35,348 nucleotides of DNA from a bacterium (lineage in GTDB: Bacteria; Hinthialibacterota; Hinthialibacteria; Hinthialibacterales; Hinthialibacteraceae): assembly GCA_963663405.2 (NCBI GenBank), contig CAXXSM010000052.1, positions 1 through 35,348 on the forward strand. The letters run 5' to 3'. How positions within the stretch are numbered: the stretch's first letter is position 1; every line of letters begins with the position of its first letter. Shown piece by piece: positions 10,556 to 19,644 of the stretch. The notes under the pieces were generated by a model. That model was not told where the DNA came from and made no database searches. It saw only the letters and a program-made list of their open reading frames with translations. A program made the translations under genes and the position numbers.

Positions 10556-11098
10556 ATGCGTATCCAGATTTATGATCGTGAAACCCAAAAAACACCTGCG
10601 CGCGTTTTGGTATTCGATAGTCCCATTGGGGCAATTGCAGTTGGGTGCGCGCAGAAGGCGCTTCTTTGGATTTCTACTGGTTTTAACGCGGAAAAAAGAG
10701 CGCTTCAAAATCTAGACTCACTCGGATTCCCAACCGAACGAGGAACCAACGCGGTCTGCAAAAAAACGCAGGAAGAATTGATGGACTACTTTGTAGGAAA
10801 ACGAAAGACGTTCCGTATGCCTATCGCATTGTTTGGGACGCCCTTTCAGATACATGTCTGGCAGACGTTGTGTGAAGTTCCATACGGGCATGTCGTCACC
10901 TATGGTGAACTCGCGGCTCTCGCAGGTTACCCTAATGCGGCGCGCGCCGTTGGAACCGCCATGGCGAAAAACCGGATTCCAATCATTATCCCCTGCCATC
11001 GTGTCATCGCCACTGGTGGAAAACTGGGTGGATATGGTGGAGGGCTTGGATTGAAACGAACATTGTTAGAGATTGAAAACGCTAAACTCAGTGTGTAA
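10556..11098 (+). CDS. ogt: Methylated-DNA--protein-cysteine S-methyltransferase
   Basis: GTPFQ..VW, TYGELA, ARAVGTAM, active site IPCHRVI, GGYGGG...KRTLLEIE. Confidence 0.93.
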   Translation: MRIQIYDRETQKTPARVLVFDSPIGAIAVGCAQKALLWISTGFNAEKRALQNLDSLGFPTERGTNAVCKKTQEELMDYFVGKRKTFRMPIALFGTPFQIHVWQTLCEVPYGHVVTYGELAALAGYPNAARAVGTAMAKNRIPIIIPCHRVIATGGKLGGYGGGLGLKRTLLEIENAKLSV

Positions 11099-11123
11099 TA
11101 GGGATAAAAAACATACGAAAAAA

Positions 11124-11149
11124 AACCGTCCACCCTTGAATGGATGGTT
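11124..11149 (+). terminator. Hairpin after ogt, probable intrinsic terminator
   Basis: AACCGTCCA-N8-TGGATGGTT, preceded by an A-run and followed by ATTAT. Confidence 0.5.
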
Positions 11150-11290
11150 ATTATCGGAGGTCTCTTCAGAACAGACATACAAATCAAGAAACACCAACCA
11201 GACCGCCGCTGTTCCTCGGCAATTTCTAAAAATTGTTTTATAATCAATTTTCTGACTTTATTTCCACCGATATAAATATTGGAGAAAACC

Positions 11291-13948
11291 ATGAACGTGT
11301 TCCATATCCACCGTTATCTTCTCTTTATCTTCTCGTTTCTATTATTGACTCAATACGCCATCGGCGCCGATGAAGGCTCCTTCCACGCCTTTCCTCCGAA
11401 ATTAACGGATGGCGCCTACCCTCATCATTATAAGCCCGCCCGCACTGTTGATTTCCAAAACCTTAAGTTGGAAATCAAAATTTTGATGAGTGAGATGAAA
11501 GTGGAAGGAACGGCCCACTATCAACTGAAGCCCATTCACGGTGATGTGAAAACCATTCGGTTCGATGCAATGGAGATGGAAATCCATGATGTCAAATCAG
11601 ATCCGGATTTAGGATTGGAATGGAGCTACGCGGAGAATGAAATCTACGTCACGTTTCCTAAAGCCTTGGATCCAGAGAAGGACATCAACCTCTCAATCTC
11701 GTATTCCGCCCAGCCTAAACAAGGAATGTATTTCACCGATTCCAAACACGTGGCGCCCGTCAATCCCGATCAGATGCACACCCTTTCTGAACCATTTGGC
11801 GCCTCGTATTGGTTCCCCTGCGCGGACTATCCCGACGATCGCATGGGGACGGAAATCCTGGTGACCGTTCCAAAAGAATTCACCACTCTATCCAACGGCC
11901 AGCTCCTCGATTCCAAAGAAAAGGGGGATTGGCGTACGGACCGCTGGAAACTGAAGATTCCGCATGTGGTTTATCTGATAAGTATCGTTGTGGGTAAGTT
12001 CGATATTGTCAGGGATGAGTGGAACAGTATTCCTGTTGAGTATTACGTTGAAGAAGGTTTGGGGAAAGACGCGCGTCCAAGCATGGGCAAGACGCCTGCG
12101 ATGATTGAATTCTACAGCGATTATTTTGATTATCCCTATCCCTACGAAAAATACGCGCAGGTCTGCGTCCGGTATTTCAACGCCGGGGGCATGGAACACA
12201 CCAGCGCCACCACCATGACCGACCGGCTTGTGATTGATGAGGAAGCGCGGCTGGACACCGACATGGATGGGCTGATCGCTCATGAATTGGTGCACCAATG
12301 GTTTGGCGATCTTATCACCTGCGAATCCTGGCCGGAATTATGGCTTAATGAGAGTTTCGCGACTTTCTTCGAACCTGTCTGGTGGGAACATGCGGAGGGG
12401 GAATCGGAGTATCTAATCAATATCTTGGGCAAAATGGAGAGCTACTTTAATGAAAGCCACCAGTATACACGGCCCATCGTTGATAACCGTTTCGATGATC
12501 CAGAAGAAATGTTCGACCGCCATTCCTATCCTAAGGGCGCCTGTGTCATGCACATGATGCGTCATCAACTCGGAGAGGATCTCTTTAAAAAAAGCATCGC
12601 GCACTATCTCAAGCAAAACGCCGGGACCGTCGCCGACACGGATGAATTGATGGACGCCATTGAAGAGATCACGGGCAAACCGATGGAGCGATTCTTCGCG
12701 CAATGGATCTTCCGCCCCGGTCATCCAAAACTCAAAGTCACTCACAAATGGCTCGCTGATAAAAAGAAAGTCAAATTAACCATCGAACAAACCCAGAAAA
12801 TGGAAGAAGGCGCCGCCCCATTCGCATTCCCCTTGGAAATCGAAATCGTCACGGAAGACGGGGCGTTCATCAAAACCATCGATATCGCTAAAAAAGAAGA
12901 GACCGCCCTGATTGACTGCGAAAAACAACCGAAAAGCGTCAACATCGATCCATCGATCAAAGTGTTGATGGAATTGGACCATGAAAAAACGGAGGGAATG
13001 CTGATTGAAGATCTGAAGAATGGTTCGACCTGCATCGTCCGTTTGCGCGCCGCTCGAAAGTTAGCGGAGTATGATTCCGATTTAGTCATTGAGGCTCTTG
13101 AACGCGCGCTGTTCGACGATCCGTTCTACCGCATTCAGCAGGAAGCCGCCGATTCGCTTGGGAAGAATCATTCAAAGAAAGCGAAAGATATTCTTTTGAA
13201 AGCCTGCGCTCATCCACATCCTAAAGTGCGAAGATCGGTTGTCTCCGCGTTAGGGAAATTCTATAAAGACGACAAAGTCGACGCGGCGCTGCGCGAACGC
13301 TTCAAGAACGATGAAAGCATTCATGTCATTGCGGAGAGCGCCCGTTCTCTCGCTCGTGTCAATCCCAAAAACTGCTATTCAACTCTTCGCGCCGGTTTGA
13401 ACCGGAAAAGTTATCAGAACACGATACTCATAGCGGTATTGAACGCGCTCGCAGACCTGGAAGAACCGAATGTCTATCCAGCGCTTGTGAAATACGCAAA
13501 GGATCCTTATCCACGAAACGTGCGAATCACCGCGATCCGGCTCATTGGAGGCTTGGCGGAAAAAATCGAAAAACATCAAGAAGAGACCCGTGAATTACTA
13601 TTGGAATATCTCGGTTCCGCCTCTGATTCCATTCGCCAAGCGGCGATCTCCGGACTGCGTGAACTGCGGGATGAAAAAGCGATCCCCCATCTTCGCCGCG
13701 TCGCGGATGACGATCATAGCAAGTGGGTACGTGATTCGGCCGACCGCGCGATCAATGAAATCCGCAAAGATCAGGGAAGCGAACTGGCCGCTGAAAATGC
13801 GAAAAAACTCGATGAAATGAAGGACGAGAATAAAAAACTGGAAGATCGCATCCAGCAGTTGGAAGAAAAATTGGAAGCGGTGTTGAAGAAAGAAACGAAA
13901 GAGAATAAAGCCGCGGAAAAAGAGACCGCAGAGAAAGAATCTGAATAA
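11291..13948 (+). CDS. M1 family aminopeptidase with signal peptide, HEAT repeats and C-terminal coiled coil
   Basis: GGMEH exopeptidase motif, HELVHQWFG...WLNESFA zinc motif, YPKGA. HEAT/PBS-like repeats in the C-terminal third and a charged heptad tail. GGAG RBS before ATG 11291. Confidence 0.92.
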   Translation: MNVFHIHRYLLFIFSFLLLTQYAIGADEGSFHAFPPKLTDGAYPHHYKPARTVDFQNLKLEIKILMSEMKVEGTAHYQLKPIHGDVKTIRFDAMEMEIHDVKSDPDLGLEWSYAENEIYVTFPKALDPEKDINLSISYSAQPKQGMYFTDSKHVAPVNPDQMHTLSEPFGASYWFPCADYPDDRMGTEILVTVPKEFTTLSNGQLLDSKEKGDWRTDRWKLKIPHVVYLISIVVGKFDIVRDEWNSIPVEYYVEEGLGKDARPSMGKTPAMIEFYSDYFDYPYPYEKYAQVCVRYFNAGGMEHTSATTMTDRLVIDEEARLDTDMDGLIAHELVHQWFGDLITCESWPELWLNESFATFFEPVWWEHAEGESEYLINILGKMESYFNESHQYTRPIVDNRFDDPEEMFDRHSYPKGACVMHMMRHQLGEDLFKKSIAHYLKQNAGTVADTDELMDAIEEITGKPMERFFAQWIFRPGHPKLKVTHKWLADKKKVKLTIEQTQKMEEGAAPFAFPLEIEIVTEDGAFIKTIDIAKKEETALIDCEKQPKSVNIDPSIKVLMELDHEKTEGMLIEDLKNGSTCIVRLRAARKLAEYDSDLVIEALERALFDDPFYRIQQEAADSLGKNHSKKAKDILLKACAHPHPKVRRSVVSALGKFYKDDKVDAALRERFKNDESIHVIAESARSLARVNPKNCYSTLRAGLNRKSYQNTILIAVLNALADLEEPNVYPALVKYAKDPYPRNVRITAIRLIGGLAEKIEKHQEETRELLLEYLGSASDSIRQAAISGLRELRDEKAIPHLRRVADDDHSKWVRDSADRAINEIRKDQGSELAAENAKKLDEMKDENKKLEDRIQQLEEKLEAVLKKETKENKAAEKETAEKESE

Positions 13949-13979
13949 TCGCACGGATTATTTACTATCGTTTGTTTGA

Positions 13980-15908
13980 ATGGATTGCATGAAAAATCGT
14001 TTTTTTTGGATAGCCATAGGACTCGTTTTCTTCGTTGGCCTAACCCGGTCCGCGTGGATCACAGCGCCTTTTATCCGGGAAAACGAGGTGGCGTTTCAAC
14101 CTCTGCTTGCGATCAATCATTTACGGTATGGATTCACCGAAAATTCCTTCCTCTCGGTGATTAATCATACGAACGGCACGCCGATCTATCATGTCAGCCA
14201 TCCTCCCTTAATGCCGATCCTTCTCGCTTTCGCCTATATGGTGTTTGGAATTCATGAGGTGACCGCGCGCAGTCTCTCGATTCTCATGTCGATTCTCGCC
14301 GGTGTTGGATTATTGCTTCTGGCGCGGAGAATATGGGATTGTTGGACAGCGTTCATCACGACGGCGCTATACGCGGTGGTTCCAATCGCCATGATCTATG
14401 GTCAGTTCGTCAATTTTGAACCGTATGCGCTGGCGGCGGTGATTTGGACGTTTTATTTGTTTCTCCGTTGGGAAGATGAAAGAAGATGGATCGACGTGTT
14501 TCTACTCTGGGCGTTGGTCATTGTTGGGACGCTGATCGATTGGCCTTACGTACTTTTTATACCTGTCTTGTACGCCTATTCTCTTTCCCGGAAACGCGGA
14601 GAAGCTATTCCGTATATCGCGCTGATACTCGCGGGTTCTGTCAGCCTGGCTTATATCGTCTGGGCGCAGTACGTCAGCGGCACTGAACAGATCATGTCTC
14701 ATGGGATCAATCGATCTGGAATTGGGTATGAATCGTATCTCTCAGCGCTTCTGAATTGGAATTTATGGGATATCCAGTTACAACGTTGTAAATTCTATTT
14801 TACAGCCGCTTTGTTTTATGCCGCCTTCATCTCGTTTGGCTGGGGTGTCTATTGTATTGCGAAACGGAAGGGAAAGGTCACTCGCGCGGAATGGGTGATT
14901 GGAGCGTTTATTATTCATGGGCTCATCTATATCGTGTTATTTCCACAAGCCGCGCATATCCATCCCTACTGTCTCTACTATCTAGTTCCCGCATTCTGCC
15001 TGTTGGCCGCTTATGGAATTCGCCAGCTGCCATCCAACGCGCAAATTGTTCTTTTTCTGATACTCACCACAGTGTGCGTTGCGCGTGGTTCGTTTTTCCA
15101 TGCGCTTCACTTTAGCGATCAATATCATCTTGGAAAAGCGATCCGGGCTGGTGTCAATCAACCGGACAATTACCGGTTGTTCACGGATCGAGTCGACCCG
15201 CTTGCCTACTATGCGGAGATGCCGGTTCAATATATGTATATGGATAACCTCTGCGAGCCTCCAAAGTACATATCCTTATTCAAACCGGATTACGTTATGT
15301 TGTATCTGAATGTCAACGATCAAGTGGAAATAGAATCTGGCCGGGAAATCGGCGAAGAAATGTTTGGTGTCCTTAATCAATACGGGTACCAAAAATTTTA
15401 TCATGATGAGAATTATCAGTTATACTACCGGTCCGATCAGAACAATAATCGTCTCCTGCCCCATCTCCGGGAAGCGGCGGCTGGACAACTCCCCGGCGCG
15501 GATGTTCTCGTACGGCATAATGGGTATGGTTATCAATTCGCCTTGAAAATCGATTCTCCCACACAGCCTGTTCAATTGCCGGTTTCCATTAATTCCTTGA
15601 TAGCGGGCGCGCAATTGTCATTCACTTATGCGTTGGACTCTTCTGTTCAAAGTGAGGATGCGATCACATTTCAGATCCGGCTCCAAGAACGCAACGGCGC
15701 CGAATGGATTCCCTTCCGGCAAACGATCGATCCCTCAAAAGAAATCCAAGGAAGGCCTTGGCGCCAGGAGACGATTGATTTATCTTCCCATACAGGGAAA
15801 GACATTGTATTTTATTTTGAGATTATTCCGGATTCACCAAACGGATCAAAAGCGTCCGTGTACTGGGGCGATCCACGTTTAGTATCCGAACTTGTAATCA
15901 AATTCTGA
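13980..15908 (+). CDS. GT-C fold glycosyltransferase (family 39 / ArnT-like) with C-terminal soluble domain
   Basis: Many transmembrane segments; 'YHVSHPPLMP', 'FGIHEVTARSLS'; long hydrophilic C-terminal region. Confidence 0.8.
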   Translation: MDCMKNRFFWIAIGLVFFVGLTRSAWITAPFIRENEVAFQPLLAINHLRYGFTENSFLSVINHTNGTPIYHVSHPPLMPILLAFAYMVFGIHEVTARSLSILMSILAGVGLLLLARRIWDCWTAFITTALYAVVPIAMIYGQFVNFEPYALAAVIWTFYLFLRWEDERRWIDVFLLWALVIVGTLIDWPYVLFIPVLYAYSLSRKRGEAIPYIALILAGSVSLAYIVWAQYVSGTEQIMSHGINRSGIGYESYLSALLNWNLWDIQLQRCKFYFTAALFYAAFISFGWGVYCIAKRKGKVTRAEWVIGAFIIHGLIYIVLFPQAAHIHPYCLYYLVPAFCLLAAYGIRQLPSNAQIVLFLILTTVCVARGSFFHALHFSDQYHLGKAIRAGVNQPDNYRLFTDRVDPLAYYAEMPVQYMYMDNLCEPPKYISLFKPDYVMLYLNVNDQVEIESGREIGEEMFGVLNQYGYQKFYHDENYQLYYRSDQNNNRLLPHLREAAAGQLPGADVLVRHNGYGYQFALKIDSPTQPVQLPVSINSLIAGAQLSFTYALDSSVQSEDAITFQIRLQERNGAEWIPFRQTIDPSKEIQGRPWRQETIDLSSHTGKDIVFYFEIIPDSPNGSKASVYWGDPRLVSELVIKF

Positions 15909-15949
15909 CGAAAAATCGTCTTGATAATTAATCATAAGGAGAATGCAGG

Positions 15950-17113
15950 ATGAAAATACACGAATATCAGGGGAAAGAACTGCTTAGGAAATTCAACGTG
16001 CCCGTGCCGAGAGGAACAATGGCTTCCACACCGGAGGACGCGGAAGCCGCCGCCAAGGAACTGGGAACGGATGTGGTTGTCGTCAAAGCTCAGATCCACG
16101 CGGGAGGGCGCGGCAAAGGCGGCGGTGTCAAACTCGCAAAATCTCCCCAGGAAGCGCGGGAAATCGCCTCACAAATGCTGGGCATGAATCTCGTCACCCA
16201 CCAGACCGGTCCCGAAGGCAAAGAAGTGCTCAAGGTTCTGATTGAAGAAGGGCTGCCGATTAAAAAGGAACTCTACATCGGTGTTGTCATCGACCGCGCG
16301 TCGGAGTGCCCCGTCGTGATGGCGTCCTCGGAAGGCGGCGTCGAGATCGAAGAAGTGGCCGCGAAATCCCCCGAAAAAATCCTGAAAGCCTACGTGGATC
16401 GCGCCGCCGGATTCCTCCCCTTCCAGGCGCGCCAATTGGCGTTCGGTATCGGACTGGAAGGAAAAGAAGCTCTCGCCTGCTCGAATTTCCTCTTAAAACT
16501 CTACAAAGCCTTCGAAGAAAGCGACGCTTCCCTCGCGGAGATCAATCCCCTGGTCGTGACGGAAGATGGAAAGGTGATCGCCCTCGATTCGAAGATCAAC
16601 TTCGATGATAACGCCCTCTTCCGCCATAAAGATTTCTTGGAACTGCGTGACCTGAGCGAAGAAGAGCCGCTCGAAATCGAAGCGTCCAAGTGGGATCTGA
16701 ATTATATTAAACTAGACGGTGAAGTGGGCTGCATGGTCAACGGCGCCGGGCTGGCGATGGCGACGATGGACCTGGTAAAACTCTCCGGTTCCATGCCCGC
16801 GAACTTTCTGGACGTCGGAGGAACCGCCAGCGTCGAACGTGTCGCCGCCGCGTTCGAAATTCTCATGTCCGACGCGAACGTCAAAGCGGTGCTGGTCAAT
16901 ATTTTCGGCGGTATTGTCCGCTGCGACCGCGTCGCGGGCGGCATCGTCCAAGCGATGGAAAAAGTGAACGTAACAGTCCCCGTCGTCGTCCGCCTCCAAG
17001 GCACCAACGCCGAAGAAGCCCGCGAAATCCTCAAACAAGCCGATTTCCCCTTCATCGTAGCCGAAGGCCTCGCGGAAGGAGCGGAGAAGGTCGTCGCGGC
17101 GTTGAAGAATTAA
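15950..17113 (+). CDS. sucC: Succinyl-CoA ligase (ADP-forming) beta subunit
   Basis: [64 protein letters not shown]; AAGGAG RBS. Confidence 0.97.
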   Translation: MKIHEYQGKELLRKFNVPVPRGTMASTPEDAEAAAKELGTDVVVVKAQIHAGGRGKGGGVKLAKSPQEAREIASQMLGMNLVTHQTGPEGKEVLKVLIEEGLPIKKELYIGVVIDRASECPVVMASSEGGVEIEEVAAKSPEKILKAYVDRAAGFLPFQARQLAFGIGLEGKEALACSNFLLKLYKAFEESDASLAEINPLVVTEDGKVIALDSKINFDDNALFRHKDFLELRDLSEEEPLEIEASKWDLNYIKLDGEVGCMVNGAGLAMATMDLVKLSGSMPANFLDVGGTASVERVAAAFEILMSDANVKAVLVNIFGGIVRCDRVAGGIVQAMEKVNVTVPVVVRLQGTNAEEAREILKQADFPFIVAEGLAEGAEKVVAALKN

Positions 17114-17126
17114 AATTGGTAAATTT

Positions 17127-17280
17127 TTTTGTCTGAATCAGGATGGACAGGATAGAAACAGAAGGGTTTTCAAGATAGAATTTTTTATAATAAGTATCTT
17201 TCATCGAATGGGAGAAGTTTTGAAAAAGAGTAAAATATCCTGGTCATCCTTTCATCCTGACTATCCTGATTCAGACAAAA
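17127..17280. repeat. 154-bp element with perfect 18-bp terminal inverted repeats and internal periodic CAGGAT units (MITE/REP-like)
   Basis: TTTTGTCTGAATCAGGAT (17127-17144) and ATCCTGATTCAGACAAAA (17263-17280). Further (C/A)AGGAT / ATCCT units recur every 8-9 bp inside both arms; AT-rich core. Confidence 0.75.
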
Positions 17281-17345
17281 TATGGTGATTCTACAAATCC
17301 CATAATACCAAAAACTCATCATTCCCAATTTCTGTTAAAATGAAT

Positions 17346-17387
17346 ACTGGGCCGCTTTTCATAAAAATCCATGAAAAACGGCCCAGT
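17346..17387. terminator. Strong hairpin between convergent sucC and the acidic paralogue
   Basis: ACTGGGCCG-CTTTTCAT...ATGAAAAA-CGGCCCAGT. Confidence 0.65.
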
Positions 17388-17420
17388 GTAAACAATCAAT
17401 TTATTGCACGATTTCTTCCG

Positions 17421-17453
17421 TTAATGAATCGCCCAATTTGCTACGTCAACAGG
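17421..17453 (-). other. C-terminal tail motif copy 2: PVDVANWAIH*
   Basis: Translated C-terminus. Confidence 0.7.
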
Positions 17454-18293
17454 TTCTTCCCCAAGCGCCCAGGCGATTACGTTGTCGAGTAGTTTGATCC
17501 CATTTTCGTTGAGAAGCGCCATCGTCCGGGTTAATTCCTTTCCACCATATTCTGGAAGCGGCTCGACATCCGAATAGCCGAGAAAGACCCAGCGGGTATC
17601 GTTTCCTACGTCGGAACCGGCCTCGGCTACGATCAGAATGGGAACGTCCGCCGGAAGCTCCGCTCCTGTATCGGATTCATTAATCGACGTTGGCAGTACA
17701 GCGATGACTTCTCCAGCGGATAAGACAGAAGGATCAGTCACAGCCCCAAACGTGACAATCGCCGGTTCACCCGTGTCTGGATCGTCGACGGTGATACTGA
17801 ATTCCTCCGGAAGCCCCTGGGCGATGGGATGATCGGGATTCACAATTTTTACAATGGATCCCTCATTCGAGGCGCCGCCGGTAAACGCCGCAGTGCTAGC
17901 AAAACCCATGTCATCCAACACGTAGAACTCCGTTGAGATAAACGGCTTATTCGTGACCGAATAATCCCCGGCGATCGCACTGGAACCCAGCGATTCAGTA
18001 ACGAAGATTAAATCGTTCGCCTCCTCCACTACGCCAGGATCGTCATCATCTGAATTATAGATATTGGCAGTGTGCCCCAAATCATTTTCCAGATGAAGAA
18101 TGAGCCAATAGATGCCCGGTTCTTCCACAGCAATTGTTTCTAAGAGGAATTCCTTATCTTCTGGAATATTGATTGGATCTTCCCCCATTAAAAACAATCC
18201 ACCTTCAACCAAAACCGCAATATTTCCCGCCCCCGCATTCATTCCACTAGCGCATACCGCTGCGATGAAACATACCCACAATGTTTTTTTCAT
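17421..18293 (-). CDS. Acidic exported protein, paralogue 1; possible class I glutamine amidotransferase-like (ThuA-like) fold
   Basis: Sec signal MKKTLWVCFIAAVCASGMNAGA; 'DLIFVTESLGS', 'NPDHPIAQGLPEEF', 'LLDNVIAWALG'; GGAGG RBS. The fold assignment is inference. Confidence 0.8.
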   Translation of the reverse strand: MKKTLWVCFIAAVCASGMNAGAGNIAVLVEGGLFLMGEDPINIPEDKEFLLETIAVEEPGIYWLILHLENDLGHTANIYNSDDDDPGVVEEANDLIFVTESLGSSAIAGDYSVTNKPFISTEFYVLDDMGFASTAAFTGGASNEGSIVKIVNPDHPIAQGLPEEFSITVDDPDTGEPAIVTFGAVTDPSVLSAGEVIAVLPTSINESDTGAELPADVPILIVAEAGSDVGNDTRWVFLGYSDVEPLPEYGGKELTRTMALLNENGIKLLDNVIAWALGEEPVDVANWAIH

Positions 18294-18351
18294 CTTTCTG
18301 ACCTCCCATTTCGGTGAAAAGAATTTGTATATCTATCAATAAATCTATTGA

Positions 18352-18380
18352 CTTATATCAAATAATGATTAAAGAATCAA
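18352..18380 (-). promoter_or_regulatory. Putative sigma70 promoter of paralogue 1
   Basis: Minus strand TTGATT-N17-TATAAG with TG extended -10; conserved upstream of paralogue 2. Confidence 0.6.
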
Positions 18381-18419
18381 TAGAAAGATTGCTTTTAATG
18401 AATTTTTTTAATAGAGGTT

Positions 18420-18463
18420 AAAAAAAAGCCGGACCGCTTTATAGAAACAGGAAAGCGATCCGG
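18420..18463 (-). terminator. Intrinsic terminator of paralogue 2
   Basis: CCGGACCGCTTT...AAAGCGATCCGG hairpin with an A-run on + (U-tract on -). Confidence 0.7.
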
Positions 18464-18494
18464 TATAGATTAAATTTAATTGTATGAAAAAAAC

Positions 18495-18527
18495 TTATTG
18501 AATCGACCAATTTGAAACACGGACGGG
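18495..18527 (-). other. C-terminal tail motif copy 3: PVRVSNWSIQ*
   Basis: Translated C-terminus. Confidence 0.7.
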
Positions 18528-19391
18528 TTCTTCTCCGAGCGCCCAGGTAATGCAATTATCCAGCAGCAGTATTGCTTCATCGCTCAAAACCGCCAGAGTT
18601 TTTGTGTCCAGTTTGCCACCATAATCCTCGAATGTGTCTTCAATGTCATCCGAGTATCCGAGAAAGATCCATCGCGCGTCGGCGGTATCCCCAGCGTCCA
18701 ATTCCGTCCCCTGCTCGACAGCGATTACGATGGGCGCGTCAGGAGAATTCTCCGATCCATCATTGGAGACATCGATCGAGGTCGGCAAAACCGCGATAAC
18801 CTCACCGATTCCTTCCAGCAGTATGGAAGTGTCCGTGATCGTGGAAAACGTAGGCATAATCGGTTCTCCAGTAGTCTCATCAACGACAGTCGCGGTGAAT
18901 GTTTCCGGCAGGCCTGCCGCAATTGGGTGACTGGGATTCGTAATTTTGATTTCAGTCGCGATCGCGTCACCGGTAAACGCCGACGATCCCCCCGTGAATC
19001 CCATATCATCCAAAATATACGCTTCGGCGAAGATGACTGGTTTTAACGAAATCCGGTAGTCCGCCGCAACAGATCCCGAACCAAGCGCTTCGGAAATGAA
19101 GATCAAGTCGTTCGAATCTTCCACGATACCGGGATCGTCCTCATCCGAGTTATAAATGTTGACGGTATGCCCCAGATCGTTTTCCAAATGAAGAACGAGC
19201 CAATAGAGACCGGCTTGTTCAACTTCCATTGTTTCCAAGAGGAATTCTTTATCTTCCGGAATGTTCACCGGATCCTCTCCCATTAGAAACAAGCCAGTGG
19301 GAACCAATAAAGCTATATTGGCCGCCCATCCTGCGTTCACTCCTGCGACAAAAAGAAGCGCGATCAAACTCATTCGAAATAAACTTTTCAT
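18495..19391 (-). CDS. Acidic exported protein, paralogue 2
   Basis: Sec signal MKSLFRMSLIALLFVAGVNAGWA; near-identical blocks with paralogue 1 (GLFLMGEDP.NIPEDKEFLLET, LHLENDLGHT.NIYNSD); AGGAGG RBS. Confidence 0.8.
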   Translation of the reverse strand: MKSLFRMSLIALLFVAGVNAGWAANIALLVPTGLFLMGEDPVNIPEDKEFLLETMEVEQAGLYWLVLHLENDLGHTVNIYNSDEDDPGIVEDSNDLIFISEALGSGSVAADYRISLKPVIFAEAYILDDMGFTGGSSAFTGDAIATEIKITNPSHPIAAGLPETFTATVVDETTGEPIMPTFSTITDTSILLEGIGEVIAVLPTSIDVSNDGSENSPDAPIVIAVEQGTELDAGDTADARWIFLGYSDDIEDTFEDYGGKLDTKTLAVLSDEAILLLDNCITWALGEEPVRVSNWSIQ

Positions 19392-19445
19392 CTTTTAACC
19401 TCCTATTTACTCTCAGAAATGTATATCTCTCTAACAATCATTTGA

Positions 19446-19474
19446 CTAATATCAAATAAAATAGGATTTATCAA
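19446..19474 (-). promoter_or_regulatory. Putative sigma70 promoter of paralogue 2
   Basis: Minus strand TTGATA-N17-TATTAG with TG extended -10, overlapped by the palindrome TTTGA-N6-TCAAA (19441-19456). Confidence 0.55.
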
Positions 19475-19644
19475 TAGCTGCATCGCTGTTTGGATTCATT
19501 CAATGTATGAAAGATCATTTTTATTATTCCGGATTCAGTAAGGATTTCGTAAAGTGTAATTGAAGGAGAATTCCGGCGGATCGATTTTTTGGGGGGATGT
19601 GATGAACGATTTTATCTGACGATTTATTAATGCTTTTAATTTTA

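Noticed and set aside
13980-15908. GT39-like membrane protein as the enzyme processing the W-tail
   Set aside because: Only proximity supports it; there are no peptidase or sortase motifs, and GT-C enzymes are common.
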